A stretch of DNA of 64,000 nucleotides from Felis catus. Its lineage: Eukaryota. Made by a program: the position numbers and the translations under genes. The stretch lies in assembly GCF_018350175.1 (NCBI RefSeq), contig NC_058368.1, forward strand, positions 221,342,001 through 221,406,000. The letters run 5' to 3'. The notes beneath the pieces are model-generated. The model had not been told where the DNA came from. It did no database searches and saw only the letters and a program-made list of their open reading frames with translations. Positions 1 to 12,886 of this stretch are shown piece by piece (positions within the stretch are counted from its first letter, which is position 1; every line of letters begins with the position of its first letter).

Positions 1-890
1 TATTATAATTTATTTTGGAAAATATGACATTTATCATTTAAAAACTAAAATGGTCTTAAAATATATTAGTTTCTCGATCTCATGTCATCAACATGATGAC
101 AATACTGACTCTGATCCACAATGCAGGAGATTTGGTGGTGTTGATAATTTACTATGAGGCTTTGATGGGACAGCACACTTATCTGTTACTTAAGTTTATT
201 GATTGTGTCTAAATTAAATAACTACTTTTATTCGCAATTTTTGATGGCTCACGAAGCTACAATCATTGGACATTTGAGAGTATTTATAAGGTCAACAAAA
301 TATTTATTTTAAAATATTGAAAATTTTAATAAACATGAATTGGGAACAGAGCATATTTATATCTGAAAAGTGATGATTACAGGATTAATGGAAGAAATTT
401 AAATAAATATATACCATAGAGATAAAATATTTATTACCAATGTCATGGTCTCTACATTATAGTCAGCAGTAACAACACAAAAGCCAATATGAATTCAAAA
501 AAAAAACAATCAAAGGACTTTTTAAAAACATTTTAATTAAAAAAATTAATTTATTTAATTACTCCCAAGAGTCTGACCTTTAAAAAAAATGTTGTCTTTG
601 TACATTTGAGATGTTCCTTTCTCGGTCGGTTGTCTTCCTGTCAATATGACATTTAAATCAAACTTACTGTCTTTCTGTATCTAATTCAAAATATTTTGCC
701 TTAAAATGTTTGTATACATTAAAAAAATCTCATTTTATTTCTATGTTTTCTTTCCTTCTCAGACAAATACTGGCAAAAGCAGTATACACTTCCTGTCTCT
801 AAAACCTCAACGACATTCAAATTTTAACACTTATGATCCATGTTAGATTTCAACCCAAAGCTAAAAATTATTCTATGAAGATTAACAGTG

Positions 891-916
891 AGAGAGTAGA
901 GAGAGAGAGAGAGAAA
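891..916. repeat. (GA)n microsatellite
   Basis: agagagtagagagagagagagagaaa read directly. Confidence 0.85.
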
Positions 917-1189
917 GTGGTGTATGTGGTCCTTAAGTAATTAGATTTTCCTAGAGTAACTGTCATTGATGTTAATTTCCTGTGAAAAGTTTCTCTTTTC
1001 CATGTTAGTATAAGCTGTTCATTTTACTCTTACTTTCAAAGTCACTTTTTTTAATTTGCTTTTTTCTGTTATGCATATTATTAAAAAAAAACCTGTGTCA
1101 TGACAGTGCTTTTACTCTTTTATAAGCTATCCAACTTTGAGGATTTCATATATTCCAAGATTTGAACTTCTATGTAGATTTCATCTTTT

Positions 1190-1440
1190 TAGACCCTCCT
1201 AAAGTGAAAATTGCTTTCCCAACTGCTTCCTGACATCTCCATCTGGAGTCCCTGTAAGCAACTTCAATTCAACACACCTGGAATTCAGTGAATGACCCCT
1301 TCTTAGAAAAAAAATGTCTGCTCAATCTACATTAATTACATGTTTTCCCAGTATCCCAGGATAGCACTCTTGGAGTATTCCTTTATGACAACTTTTTTTT
1401 TTATCACACCCTGGTTACTTGATTGCCAACTTATATAAAC
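1190..1440 (+). mobile_element. L2 LINE relic
   Basis: Motif 'cctgacatctccatctggagtccctgtaagcaacttcaattcaaca' resembles the L2 3' region; boundaries approximate. Confidence 0.45.
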
Positions 1441-1517
1441 TCCATTTATGCAATTTCTAGTTGAAATATTTCTTTTTTTCTAGTTTCTTGACATAGGGAC
1501 TAATTTGCCTAGTCCTC

Positions 1518-1521
1518 TGTG

Positions 1522-1554
<33 letters not shown>
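1518..1554. repeat. (TG)n microsatellite
   Basis: About 18 TG units with one CG interruption. Confidence 0.95.
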
Positions 1555-3739
1555 ATTTTCCCCTGCACTTATACAGTCTAAAAAGCATTTTGTACATTCC
1601 TTTTTTACTTTCTTTTTGCTCTTTATTCATTTTTATTTTCTTGACTATCTAATTGAATTCCCTTTTTTACAAAGTCAACTGTAATCATATGTACATCTAA
1701 AGTTGACAAGATAATTTTTGCACTTTATGAATTCAATTATTTAATTTGAATAAATTATTTTAACATATATGCTTGCATAAACTGAGTAAAACATGTTTCA
1801 GAAGTTAAAAAACCCTATTATTATATAATTAGAGGAGCTGTTCACATCTTGATATTCCACTGTGTTTTGTCACTAGCTAAACTTTAGTTAGCTATTTTGT
1901 AGAAAGTGAATTTCTTCGTCATCTCTTAATGATACTTTCTTCCCCTGGTGCTTAGTCACTTTTGTTTATGCATCCACACTACATATTTGATGACAGTAAA
2001 TGCTTCTTATTATCCTTGTCATCAAAAGGAACTAAATGAGTTCTGGGCATGGCATTATAACCAGTTCCAGGTGCACAGACTGTCCTTGAAAACTGTTTGT
2101 TGAATAAATGGATGAATGGTTTTTTTTTTCTCTTGATAGTCTCTGAGGATGAGGACAATATTTTTAAGTGTCATAACAGCCACTGAATTCTAGCACCTGA
2201 CTAATGGTTTTTTAATAAGCATATGCAGAACTTAAATAGTCCTTGATAGAAAATCTTGTTCAATAAAAATACTGAAACTAGTCTCTGAAATAAAAGGCAA
2301 AATTTGTGAAATCCAAACAAATTTTTTAAAGTTTTCTGCTATTGTGAATGAAATTAATTTTAGGTATCATTTTATGGCCATGATTAATGATGTCAAAATG
2401 CTATTTATACTATCTAAAATGCTGATCAGTTTTTATTAGTGATTCATATAGTAGGTATTATATAAATATCATTTAACTGAAAGTATAAGTACATATATAT
2501 ATGTATAAATTATTTACCTTGGAAAATAGCTTTGAGAGGAAATTGATAAAATCAAAAATGCTATTAGTTTTCTACTTCAGTTCTATACTTCAGCACAATG
2601 TTAAACATATTTAAAAGATGAGTGAGTTTTGTAATGACCATTATGGATTCTGTATGGAAACAGCATTACACATACAAAACACAAAAATCAAATTCTTCAT
2701 GGCCACATTCTTGCATTTGAGAAATGTTTCACAACATTTCACAACATTATGGTGAAATATGCTTTACTGAGAATTGATCTTTATTGCAGAAAGTTAAAAA
2801 TGTATGGCTTCAAAATTGTTGTGGTTCACATTTTTCAATTGAAATCTGGAGTAAAGTAGGGCTGGTAATCAGTTCTCTGAAAATGACAGCTGTAATAACC
2901 TGGTAGGGAATTCTCAGAATAGTTCATGATTCTGACCTTTGGAAGGTATGGATTTCAGGGGAAATTTAATTTGGAACCACAGATGGAAGAAACATCCACT
3001 TTCCTTGGCTAATATTAGAGAGTCATTTAAAAAATTGAGAGGAACCAGTTTTAAGTTTTGCACAGAGGAGAGGAACCAGTGTATGCATATTGTGGGTTTT
3101 TAATAAATGTTATTGTCATAGCTGTAGCTTTTATATAGCCAAAGTGCATAATACCACAGACCCAGTGGCACCCACACTTTTACTTTGTGGTTTCTGGCTG
3201 TCCACATCTTTAATGCAAATAGATGCACCTTTTAGACAATGCTATTTTTGTGTAAAGTAATCTCATTTTCATCCAAATGTCATTCTCTTCGACTTTTATT
3301 CACTCCTACTACTATTCCAACTTACAAAGAAAATGAATTCCGTCTACTTTGGCTTAAATGAATAGATATGGAGTTTAAAATGTAGGATTATAACCTCTCA
3401 ATATATTACTGTCCTTTGTACCTATTTCAGTGATAGCTATAAAGTTTAGCTAATTTGCCTGAGACTTATTTTTCTAAAAAGTGTGTGAACTTGCAAAAGA
3501 ACAGAAAAAAGAATAAAAGTGAACCACAAATTTTGGTATACTATCTCCTTTCACCAAACTAAAGTTGTTTCGTACTCTAGTATCAAAAAAGAAAAGAAAA
3601 GTGCCTTTGCCCCAAACAACAAAAGACAGTGTGACAAAGTGAGTAAAACACAAAACTGCTCATTTATCTGCCTAACAACTTGAACAACAAGGCATAGGGA
3701 GTTGACTCAGAGCTCAGAGTCCTAGAAACTTTGACCTGG

Positions 3740-3850
3740 ATGGAAGAAACATTAGAAATTCCACCTGGCAATCTCTCTCAGCCAGTAGGAAGCTGAGGCC
3801 AAAGAGACTGAGTGACTTATTCAGATTGACAGTACTAATTAGTATTAAAA
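3740..3850 (-). mobile_element. MIR relic
   Basis: 'ggaagctgaggccaaagagactgagtgacttattcagattgacagtactaattagt' matches the reverse-complement MIR core. Confidence 0.55.
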
Positions 3851-4039
3851 GGAGAATATTCCCACATATTCAAGTTTCTTTAAAGAAGTTCTTTGTTTAC
3901 ACTATTCTACTTCTTATGTAACAACTTAAACATTTAAATGCTTTTTTAATAGCTGCATTTTCTATTTTTTTACAAATTTGTTCACAAGTAGCCCAAGTAC
4001 TCCGAAAGATTTCTAAGTCATAACTTACCTCTTCTTAGC

Positions 4040-4470
4040 AACAAACCAGTCACTGGCTCTCCATCTTATTCAGAAAAAAAAAAAGCCTGGGTCTTTCCAG
4101 TGACCTGAATGGTCAGAGATGAACCACTCCACCCCTGCTCTCTTTACTCCAGCTCCTGTTTCTCCCTCCCTCAACAGTTTGCTCCATCTACATTGGCTTC
4201 CATGTTTTATGCAAACATCTAATCATGCTTCTTGTTCTAAGGTTTGCACTTCCTCCTTCCTTTTCCTGGAATGTTCTTCTCATAGATAAGGTGTGATTCA
4301 ATTCCTTCCCTTCTATAAATCTTTGTATCTCACATTCTAAATAGTCTTTTCCTGACTAGCCTACTTAAAGTTTCTCTTTTACTTTATTCACTACCATATC
4401 CCTACTCTCAAAAACAGTGTCTGGATCACAGGAAGCCATAAGATTTTTTGTTGCTAAATTCGTAAGTGAA
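4040..4470 (+). mobile_element. L2 (L2a-like) 3' relic
   Basis: 'ctccatctacattggcttcc...ggtttgcacttcctccttccttttcctggaatgttcttctc' and terminal 'aacagtgtctggatcacaggaagccataagatttttgttg' are typical of L2 3' ends. Confidence 0.6.
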
Positions 4471-5037
4471 AAATAATTATTAGTTTTCCCCCCAAAATAA
4501 AACAAAAATTATATAAGGCCAATAGGGAGTGTCAATCAAATACTTTTCTTTGTTGACATGGGGGAATTACACATTGAGTTATTGGTGAAAAACATATGGA
4601 ATCTTGGAATATTTAAAATAATACAATAATTGAATAAACTGCTATCTGTTTTATTCCATCCCATAGCATTCTTATCACCATCGGTTATTAATGTCGGCAG
4701 CCGGGAAATATTTATAGCTCCTTGTCATCACTAATGTAACCAAATACTGGTATGAATGAGAATGGTGAATGCTTAATAAATTCTTAAGAGGATACAAATT
4801 TATCTATATGCAAAATCTGTATGTACTCTGTGGAATTTAAGTTAATATTTGGAGAAAAAAAATAAATGTTGGGAGATAAAAATTCACTCAAAGTTTCCAG
4901 CTCTAGAATCCATCACTGGAAGCAGAGTAAATAAACCAAATGTAGTGGTAGCCACATTTCATGGAGCCCTATGCCACAGTACAGAGCAGCAGATCACGTG
5001 TGTCCATAGACATGTGTATAGAAACTTGGATAGAACT

Positions 5038-5394
5038 GAGAAAGGAAAGGGAAGGGAAGGGAAGGGAAGGGAAGGGAAGGGAAGGGAAGGGAAGGGAAGG
5101 AAAGGAAAGGAAAAGAAAGGAAAAGAAAGGAAAAGAAAGGAAAAGAAAGGAAAAGAAAGGAAAAAGGAAAGGAAAGGAAAAAGGAAAGGAAAGGAAAAAG
5201 GAAAGGAAAGGAAAGGAAAAAGGAAAGGAAAGGAAAGGAAAAAAGGAAGGAAAGGAAAAAGGAAAGGAAAGGAAAAAGGAAGGAAAGGAAAAAGGAAAGG
5301 AAAAAGGAAAGGAAAAGAAAGGAAAAAGGAAAGGAAAGGAAAGGAAAGGGAAAGGGAAAGGGAAAGGGAAAGAAAGAAAAAAAGAAAAAAAAAG
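5038..5394. repeat. Pure polypurine compound microsatellite (GGGAA / GGAAAAGAAA / GGAAA / GGGAAA)
   Basis: No C or T between 5038 and 5394; explains the K/G/E/R-rich and F/P/S/L-rich ORFs. Confidence 0.97.
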
Positions 5395-5412
5395 CTAGTT
5401 ATTAAAAACATC

Positions 5413-5653
5413 GGAGGAGCACCTGGATGGCTCAGTCGGTTAAGCGTCCAACTTCAGCTCAGGTCATGATCTTGTGGTTGGTGGGTTTGAGCCCCTTATG
5501 GGGCTCTGTGCTGACAGCTCAGAGCCTGGAGCCTGCTTTGAATTCTGTATCTCCCTCTATCTCTGCTCCTCCTCCACTCATGCTCTGTCTCTCTCTCTTG
5601 CTCTCTCTCTCTCTCTTTCTCAACAATAAATAAACATTAAAAAATTAAAAAAA
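5413..5653 (+). mobile_element. Can-SINE (SINEC_Fc type)
   Basis: tRNA-like head 'ggagcacctggatggctcagtcggttaagcgtcc', (CT)n tract, AATAAA and A-tail; short TSD-like aaaacat. Confidence 0.95.
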
Positions 5654-5664
5654 ACATAATAAAT

Positions 5665-5860
5665 GATATATATATATACATATATATGTATATATGACAT
5701 GTGTATATGTGTGTATACATATGTGTGCATATGTGTATAGGAGTCTTACTGAAAGAAAAGATCATTATGTGTACATATGTGTATATATATGCCATGCATG
5801 TATATGCATATGTATACAGTCATATAGAAAGATATGCAAATATGTAACCTTTATGTATAT
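5665..5860. repeat. (TA/TG)-rich low-complexity tract
   Basis: Degenerate tatatg/tgtata repeats. Confidence 0.75.
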
Positions 5861-6206
5861 AAATTTTAAAACATGGATACGAAAGCGTGATTAAAAAGCA
5901 TGTTTAAAAACGGATTTTGAAAAGTCTCTACAAATACAACTTAGTTTAAAATAAGTCAGCATGTTATCAATGATTAGAGAAAGGGACAGAAAATATAAAG
6001 AGATAAATTAATAAGCAAGTAAAGAAAGACATTTCAGGGACACATGATAACAACGTGCCCTAATCTGAGAAGGGTGATGAACTGAAATCAATTAATCCAT
6101 ATTTCAAGTACAATTAGGTCACTCTTACTTCTCAGTAAGAAAATGCCAAATGTATGTCAATGTAATTTTTTGCTCCACAGCTATTTCCATTTAAAACTGT
6201 ACTATT

Positions 6207-6315
6207 GGGGTGCCTGGCTGGTTCAGTCAGTAGAGCACATGACTCTTAATCTTGGGGTCATGAGTTTGAGGCCATGCATGGCATCGAGTTTGCTTTAAAA
6301 AAGTTAAAAATAATA
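6207..6315 (+). mobile_element. Short tRNA-only Can-SINE variant (no CT tract)
   Basis: 'ggggtgcctggctggttcagtcagtagagcacatgactcttaatcttggggtcatgagtttgag' followed by an A-rich tail; TSD aaaactgtact at 6193-6203 and 6321-6331. Confidence 0.85.
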
Positions 6316-6854
6316 CAGCAAAAACTGTACTTAATATTTTCCATTTTTTTCTTTTCTGAAACGCATACTAATTAAATGAATTTTATGTACAGTACACCAA
6401 AGTTCCACCAATATAGATTTTATACCCTTTTTACTAATTACAAATTTGTAATTAAATATTCAGCAGTGACTTCAACTTACTGGTGCTCCCCAAAACAAAT
6501 GAGGGAATTTTACTGTCTTTCCCCCCTTAAGTATTGAACTATGCAATTTAGTGATTTTTCCAGAAAAGAAATAAAGTGTCAAATATTGGGGCCAACTTAT
6601 TTTAAAATTCTGCTATATGATGTCTGCTCATACTAGAGATAATCATAAAATCTAGGGGAAGTTCTAAATAGCTAGGGAACAGGGGGCATGTAAAATAAAT
6701 GTCATAAGAAGTAAATGGCCCACTGTGTATTACAAGTATAATAATTTACAAATAAATTGTTTATAATACTATTCCTAGAGAAAGAGGTGGTCTGAAAAGA
6801 TATCCCTTATTGCTAATGGAAACAATGGTTTTCTCCTTTACACATTAAACACTT

Positions 6855-6990
6855 CATTCATTCATACAGTAAACAAATACATATTAATTGCTTTTGCATG
6901 TTGTGGACTTCGATTCTAGTCTCTGGAGAGACAACATTGAATAAAAACATTGACAGGATCCCTGCCTTCATAGAGTGTATATGAAAGTTA
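6855..6990 (-). mobile_element. L2 3' end relic
   Basis: 'ttcattcattca...aacaaatacatatt' (reverse complement of the TGAA tail) and 'gatccctgccttcatagag'. Confidence 0.6.
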
Positions 6991-9399
6991 ACAAAATAAG
7001 AATATACCCTTTGGGGGGAAAAAGTAACTAAACTATTTTGGGAAAATAAAGTTATGTAATATAGCTGTATATACAAAATATATATGATCTATCTATCATC
7101 TATCTGTCTATCATCTATCTATATTGAATTTTGTTGGTTTAAAATTGACTTCTGAACCTGATCACTTGATCACCTGAACCGGAGGAAATAACTAAATGGA
7201 ACTGATTCTTAGACAACCAGAGAACAGACGTAAAAACATCCTCATTCCATTAAAAGTTCTCTATCCTATAAAACCCTTGATTTCGGAAGGTATATTTCTT
7301 ACATAAATTCTCTGGTCAAGTTCTCTCTAAGTCTAAGAGCCTTACCATGAAATAGGTATCCCACTTTTCACTGCCGACAGGGTCAGGGCTCAGAAAAGAT
7401 GAAATCGTTCTGTAAGAAAACACCAGGGTATTTAAGTTTGTTGATAATCTCTAATCAATAAAAGCTAATTCCGCAAGTAAAGATTCTAATTTTAGAGTTA
7501 CATTAAATAATATTTTAGAATACTTTCAATGTGAATCAGTCAATACTTAATTAATTTTATACTACTGTTTTCACAAAAAGAGATATCAAGCTAGATAAAC
7601 GGATGTAATGGAAGTGTGGCCATAAATTGTTGAACACCAAAACAACAAGGTTTTCTCTTTTTTTTACAACCAACAACCAGGGGATTATGACATTGTTTAA
7701 AATCAACATCTGCCATCTATGTTTAGACAAAAGATTTATGTCAAATCTTAAGATAAGGAATGGGAATTACACAGAGATTAAGTGATTTAACTTAAAATCA
7801 ACAGTCTCTTATCTCTACACTAAAACCTCTTTCTATCTTCATCTTCAATCTAGCAATCTAAAATGATGTTTGGAATATATTTTAATCCCATTTAATGTAC
7901 TTAATAATTGGAGGTAAATTATGAATGCAAACATAATTTGTGTGCCTGGTAAATCAGGTTTAGAAGCAGCTGCGAAATAGTAAGGAGGCAGTTTTTCAAT
8001 GTATGTTATTGATTATTTTAGGTCAAATCTAGGAGTGTGGAAGGAATGCATATAAAGTACTCAATCGTGATTGTACTCTTAGAAGTCATCAGTATAAATA
8101 TATATCTTCTTTTAAAAGCTTCACATAATTTAACTGATTGCTGTCATTCAACTCATTCAGAAATACACACACATATACACATGTACGTGCATATATCACT
8201 TTCCTGCTAAAATAGAAGTACTAAAAATAAATTGCTTTTTCTAAATGCAGTATTGACATTTTGTATACTTTCATACAGCTTCTTGTTCCCTCTGTGTTCA
8301 TGCTTTCAGAGTGTTACAACGTTAAGAGTGAAGCCATGCTGTCTATTGAACAAGGTAGCAAAACTTTATTGCTTAGAAATGTTTACTGAGAACAGTTTTC
8401 TGAAATCATTTGAAAGCTGTTAAGTCAGAACTACATTCTTCAAACAGATTAGCATAACTTAATGTCCTCTATTAATAAAGACTTAATTTCTCTAAAGTAA
8501 ATATCATGTGTACTTGAAAATATAGAAGTCAAATGAATTACAACAAACTAATGTCTCTCCAATAGATTGTTTAGAAATATCCCATATTCGGTAGTTTCAT
8601 TTTTTTAAAAATATTTTCCCTACTTTGGAGCTTATTTAATTACAAGGAGTTGTAATAAACTACAAAATAAAATCTCTCTGATTTGGCAGGTATCCATCAC
8701 AAATTGAAAATAATTTCACCTTAAAAGATTCATGATCTAAAACAAAATCATACTCAATTGATCCTAGATCAGCTAATAGCACTTACAAAGTTTATAGGAA
8801 AGTTAATACAAAATAAATAACCATTCCAAGTGATACCCTTCCTTCTTTCTTTATTTAATGGATACATAAATGAAGCATTTAACTAATAGATCAAGTTCAA
8901 GGGATATATTTTGGAATTGGTTTCTACTTTCTGAATTTCCTCTAAAATGGATCCTCTGAGACAGATAAGCAAATTAGTTCATGTGCCCTGTAGTCTTGTA
9001 ATATTTTGCTATTGCTATGTTGGAATCATTTTGCCACTGCTAGGATCAACAGTTCTTTTGCTGGTAGGACAGTCGTACTAAACAAATGTATATTATTATT
9101 TTTCACATACATTTTTATAAAGATAAACCCGTTTTGTATGTGTGTGGGTATGTTTTTCCCCTTCAAGCACTGTTTTTCATCTTTAACTGTCATAAAGTTT
9201 GTATCAATTACAACTTTCCACACAGAATCAGTCAATTCCAACAAAACTTGATTTAATTAAAATATTTTTGATGTGTAAAAAAATATATTTTCTATAACTG
9301 TAGAAAAGATGCAGATTTTTATAAAGAAAATGCAATTTCTTTGCCTTTTTACTGTTTCTTTTGTTTCCCTTAGGAAACAGTACTAGCTTGCTAGTATCT

Positions 9400-10020
9400 C
9401 TCCTTTACACATCTGTGGGAACATACATAGAGATTTTTGTATAACTTTAGTGATTGCATATAACATATAACATGCAACAATTTCTCTTAATATTTTTTTT
9501 CATCTCCCTCCAACAGTATTTAGTATTTATCAGTATAACAAATCCAGGGTTTGTTTTTGTTTTTGTTTTTTTGTGTTTTGTTTTTTTTTTTGGCTTCAGA
9601 ATATTCATGATGTAGATATAATACATATTTAACCCACTTCCATGGAATGGGACAGTTCATATACATGCTTTAGCCACTAAAACAACAGTGATAAATATAT
9701 TTGTATATATACAGAAACATCGATACTCTTATCTGTATAGTCTAGATTACTAAATGTGATATGGCTGGGTTGAGTATGGATTTGTAAATTTGGTATAAAT
9801 AGCAGATTTATTTTCAACAACACCGTAGCAGATTGGACTCCACTAAGTGATGCCCATTTCTCTGCATTGTTGTATACAATAACAAACACTTGAATCTTTA
9901 AACACGATGATGTTTGGAATAAGGAAATTTGTGGTTTTCATTTGTAGAATCTGAATTAGGAATGAGGTGGACTTTAACATCACATTATTTTCATGATTTA
10001 AGTTTCCTCCCTGGGATTTA
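9400..10020 (-). mobile_element. Old L1 (L1ME-like) 3' relic
   Basis: Degenerate antisense L1 motifs such as 'aatattcatgatgtagatataatac', 'gtgatatggctgggttgagt' and 'ttgtggttttcatttg'. Confidence 0.45.
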
Positions 10021-10026
10021 TGGCCC

Positions 10027-10063
<37 letters not shown>

Positions 10064-10074
10064 GAAAAGAAACA

Positions 10075-10823
10075 AAAATTGCATCAAATGGAACAGGAAA
10101 GGAAAGACTTGACTCAAGACTATTACAACAGGAAAGAGAGACTGACTTCAACTTTCATGACACAACGGTAGGAGAATTTTAAGCACCGGAGTGAGCTAAT
10201 TGAAAAGTACTGGAGGACATTCGTGGAGAGATTAAGTCAGTGTGAGTAGGCCATCTGTGCTTAATAATTTGTGCTTATTGAAGTTAGGTTCCTATGTTCC
10301 CAAAGAAACTAGGATATGGGGCCATATCTCGCCCTCCCAACTTTATTGAGATATAATTGACATATAATATTGTGTAAGTTTAAGGTGTAGAATCTGTTGA
10401 TTTGATACATATATATTGCACAATGATTGCTAGCATAGCACTAGTTAGCACCTCCATCCTGTCACATAATTACCATTTCTTTTTTTGTGAGGAGGACATT
10501 TAAGATCCACTCTCTTAGCAACTTGCAAGTATATAATACAGTACTGTTAACTATAATCACCATGCTTATAGTAGATTCCCAGAGCTTGTTAGCAAGCTCA
10601 TCTTTCTTGATGATTACATTTGAAAGTAGTGGCTCCCAGGTCTTTTAGGAAGATATTCGTGGTTGTGAAACTGGCAAGAGGCTGGGAGAAAAAAAATGTC
10701 TCAAAGAGAGAAAGAATTTACAACTGCAAATTTTCTAAGAAACGAGAATCTAGGGGGCCTATACCCGGGAAGGAACTAAAGTTAGTCAAGCCAAGGAGAA
10801 ACGTAAAGCCATCATGGTCTCCA
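10075..10823 (-). mobile_element. ERV1-class solo LTR relic (MER34/MER39-like), interrupted by an L1 fragment
   Basis: 'gtggctcccaggtc...gaaactggcaagaggctgggag...aagttagtcaagccaaggagaaacgtaaagcc' recalls ERV1 LTRs; family assignment tentative. Confidence 0.45.
10338..10590 (-). mobile_element. L1 3' UTR fragment (L1MA9/10-like)
   Basis: 'caactttattgagatataattgacatataatattgtgtaagtttaaggtgta...taagatccactctcttagcaacttgcaagtatataatacagta' is the antisense L1MA 3' end. Confidence 0.85.
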
Positions 10824-10990
10824 TGTACAAAGTAATTTGTACCTGTGACTACATCCTCTGAAGACAATTTATTTGCCTAAACCTCTCTGCTCAAACACTG
10901 CCTGGATGAGAAACTAGGATCTTTTAGTCCTTGTCCTACTATTACATTTCACTCAGATCTAGCTAGCTAGCTGAGTATCTACCCCCATAT

Positions 10991-11043
10991 CCACCTACCT
11001 ACCTACCTACCTACCTACCTACCTAATTACCTACCTACCTATC
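10991..11043. repeat. (CCTA)n tetranucleotide repeat
   Basis: About 12 units read directly. Confidence 0.9.
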
Positions 11044-11112
11044 CATCTAATCTTCTCACCTATTTTTAAGTCATTAATATTTCCTATGAGTGTAACCCCT
11101 CTAGTTCAATAA

Positions 11113-11330
11113 CTTTTTTTTGTAATGTTTATTCATTTTTGAGAGAGAGAGACAGAGACAGAGCGTGAGTGGGGGAGGAGCAGAGAGAGAGGGAGACACA
11201 GAACCTGAAGCAGGCTCCAGGCTCTGAGCTGTCAGCACAGAACCCAATGCGGGGCTCGAACCCACAGACTGTGAGATCAAGGCCTGAGCCAAAGTTGGCC
11301 GCCCAAACAACTGAGCCACCCAGGCGCCCC
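11113..11330 (-). mobile_element. Can-SINE (SINEC_Fc type)
   Basis: Ends 'gagccacccaggcgcccc'; TSD tagttcaata(a/g)ctttt at 11102-11117 and 11331-11346. Confidence 0.97.
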
Positions 11331-11342
11331 TAGTTCAATAGC

Positions 11343-11576
11343 TTTTTTTTTTTTTTTTTTTAATTTTTTTTTTCAACGTTAATTTATTTTTGGGACAGAG
11401 AGAGACAGAGCATGAACGGGGGAGGGGCAGAGAGAGAGGGAGACACAGAATCAGAAACAGGCTCCAGGCTCTGAGCCATCAGCCCAGAGCCCGACGCGGG
11501 GCTCGAACTCCCAGACCGCGAGATCGTGACCTGGCTGAAGTCGGACGCTTAGCCGACTGCGCCACCCAGGCGCCCC
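11343..11576 (-). mobile_element. Young CpG-rich Can-SINE
   Basis: Long T tail, CpGs retained, perfect TSD tcaatagctttt at 11335-11346 and 11577-11588. Confidence 0.98.
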
Positions 11577-12664
11577 TCAATAGCTTTTAAATAAGACTTA
11601 TATAAAACATTCTTATTGTATTATTGACTACAATGCGTACTTATAAAATTCATGGTTGTCTACATGGTTTTCATATCTTTATTTTCCATTTCTTAACAAC
11701 TCTGTTTTGATTCTATAGGTACTAAATTTTTGTACTTTCTCTAGTGTTGTCCAAAGACACATGGAAAGCTTAAGCCCCAAATTTTCCAGTGTTTGATATT
11801 AGCTTCCTTTTGATGTTAAATATGGAATTATGGCAGTTGGCTGTGTAGAGCATTTTTGAACAGCAGATACCTTATTTTGATCACCCACAGATGTCCTTCA
11901 TTACCATTGTGGAGATAAGAAGTGCCATTGTTGGCAGATTTTCTATCTTTTTTTAGGAAAACTTTTCTTTCTACCCTAGTGATTTTAAGGCTTTTTTTCC
12001 TTTTGTTTGAATTGAGAATTTGTTTTAGAGTATTCTGTATTGTGTGTCATTTTTCATTAATCTTTTCTGGGACTTGAGAAGCACTTTACGTCTCCAGGTT
12101 CAGAGTAAATGCATCTCTCATTTGGTTTTCTTTTTTTCTTCAATCCTTTCTCGTTCTGGAACTTCTTCCTCCATGACCTGTTATTACATCTGCTATGCGA
12201 GACAAGTCTTTTAGCATTTCCCTATTACTTTCCATCCTTTTTTACACATATATTCAGTATTAAGTGCTGTTTCTTCTCTCTGATGCTGCAGGTTTTAGTT
12301 GTGATTATCCTGTATCTTCACGTAGTTAAAGAGACATTGTAAATCAAAGTTTATGAATGCTCAATACTGTGTTTATGTCCTGGGTGCATTTCTTCTGGGT
12401 AAAAATGGTAGGTCCTCCTTGACACGAGGGATGTGAGTAATTGAGTCCACTGCTATACCTGCCAGCAGGTGCTCAGAGTCAGTAGGATCAAGCAGGTCTG
12501 TCCAGAATCAAAAGTCTAACCAATACCCATCTGTCAGGTGGCAGTTTGCAACCCAATAGCCCTTAGAAAACATGGGATTTCTCTTTAGACCTCCAGGAAA
12601 ACCCTTTCCCCTGCTTCTGGTTTTAAGTCCTAATCTTAAATCTCTTAAGAAGGATCCTAATCTC

Positions 12665-12886
12665 GGGGCTCCTGGGTGGCTCAGTCGGTTAAGTGTCCGA
12701 CTTCGGCTCAGGTCATGATCTCACAGTCCGTGAGTTCAAGCCCCGCGTCGGGCTCTGTGCTGACCGCTCAGAGCCTGGAGCCTGTTTCAGATTCTGTGTC
12801 TCCCTCTCTCTCTGATCCTCCCCTGTTCATGCTCTGTCTCTCTCTGTCTCAAAAATAAGTAAACATTAAAAAAAAATTAAAAAAAA
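12665..12886 (+). mobile_element. Can-SINE (SINEC_Fc type)
   Basis: Full head, CT tract and tail; 18-bp TSD aagaaggatcc(t/a)aatctc at 12647-12664 and 12887-12904. Confidence 0.98.

Noticed and set aside
4849..5469. 206-aa, 150-aa and 145-aa ORFs rich in K/G/E/R or F/P/S/L
   Set aside because: They are read-through of the polypurine microsatellite, which cannot contain stop codons, into a SINE.
6207..6290. tRNA-like sequence
   Set aside because: It has an A-rich tail and TSD with degraded stems, so it is a tRNA-derived SINE rather than a tRNA gene.
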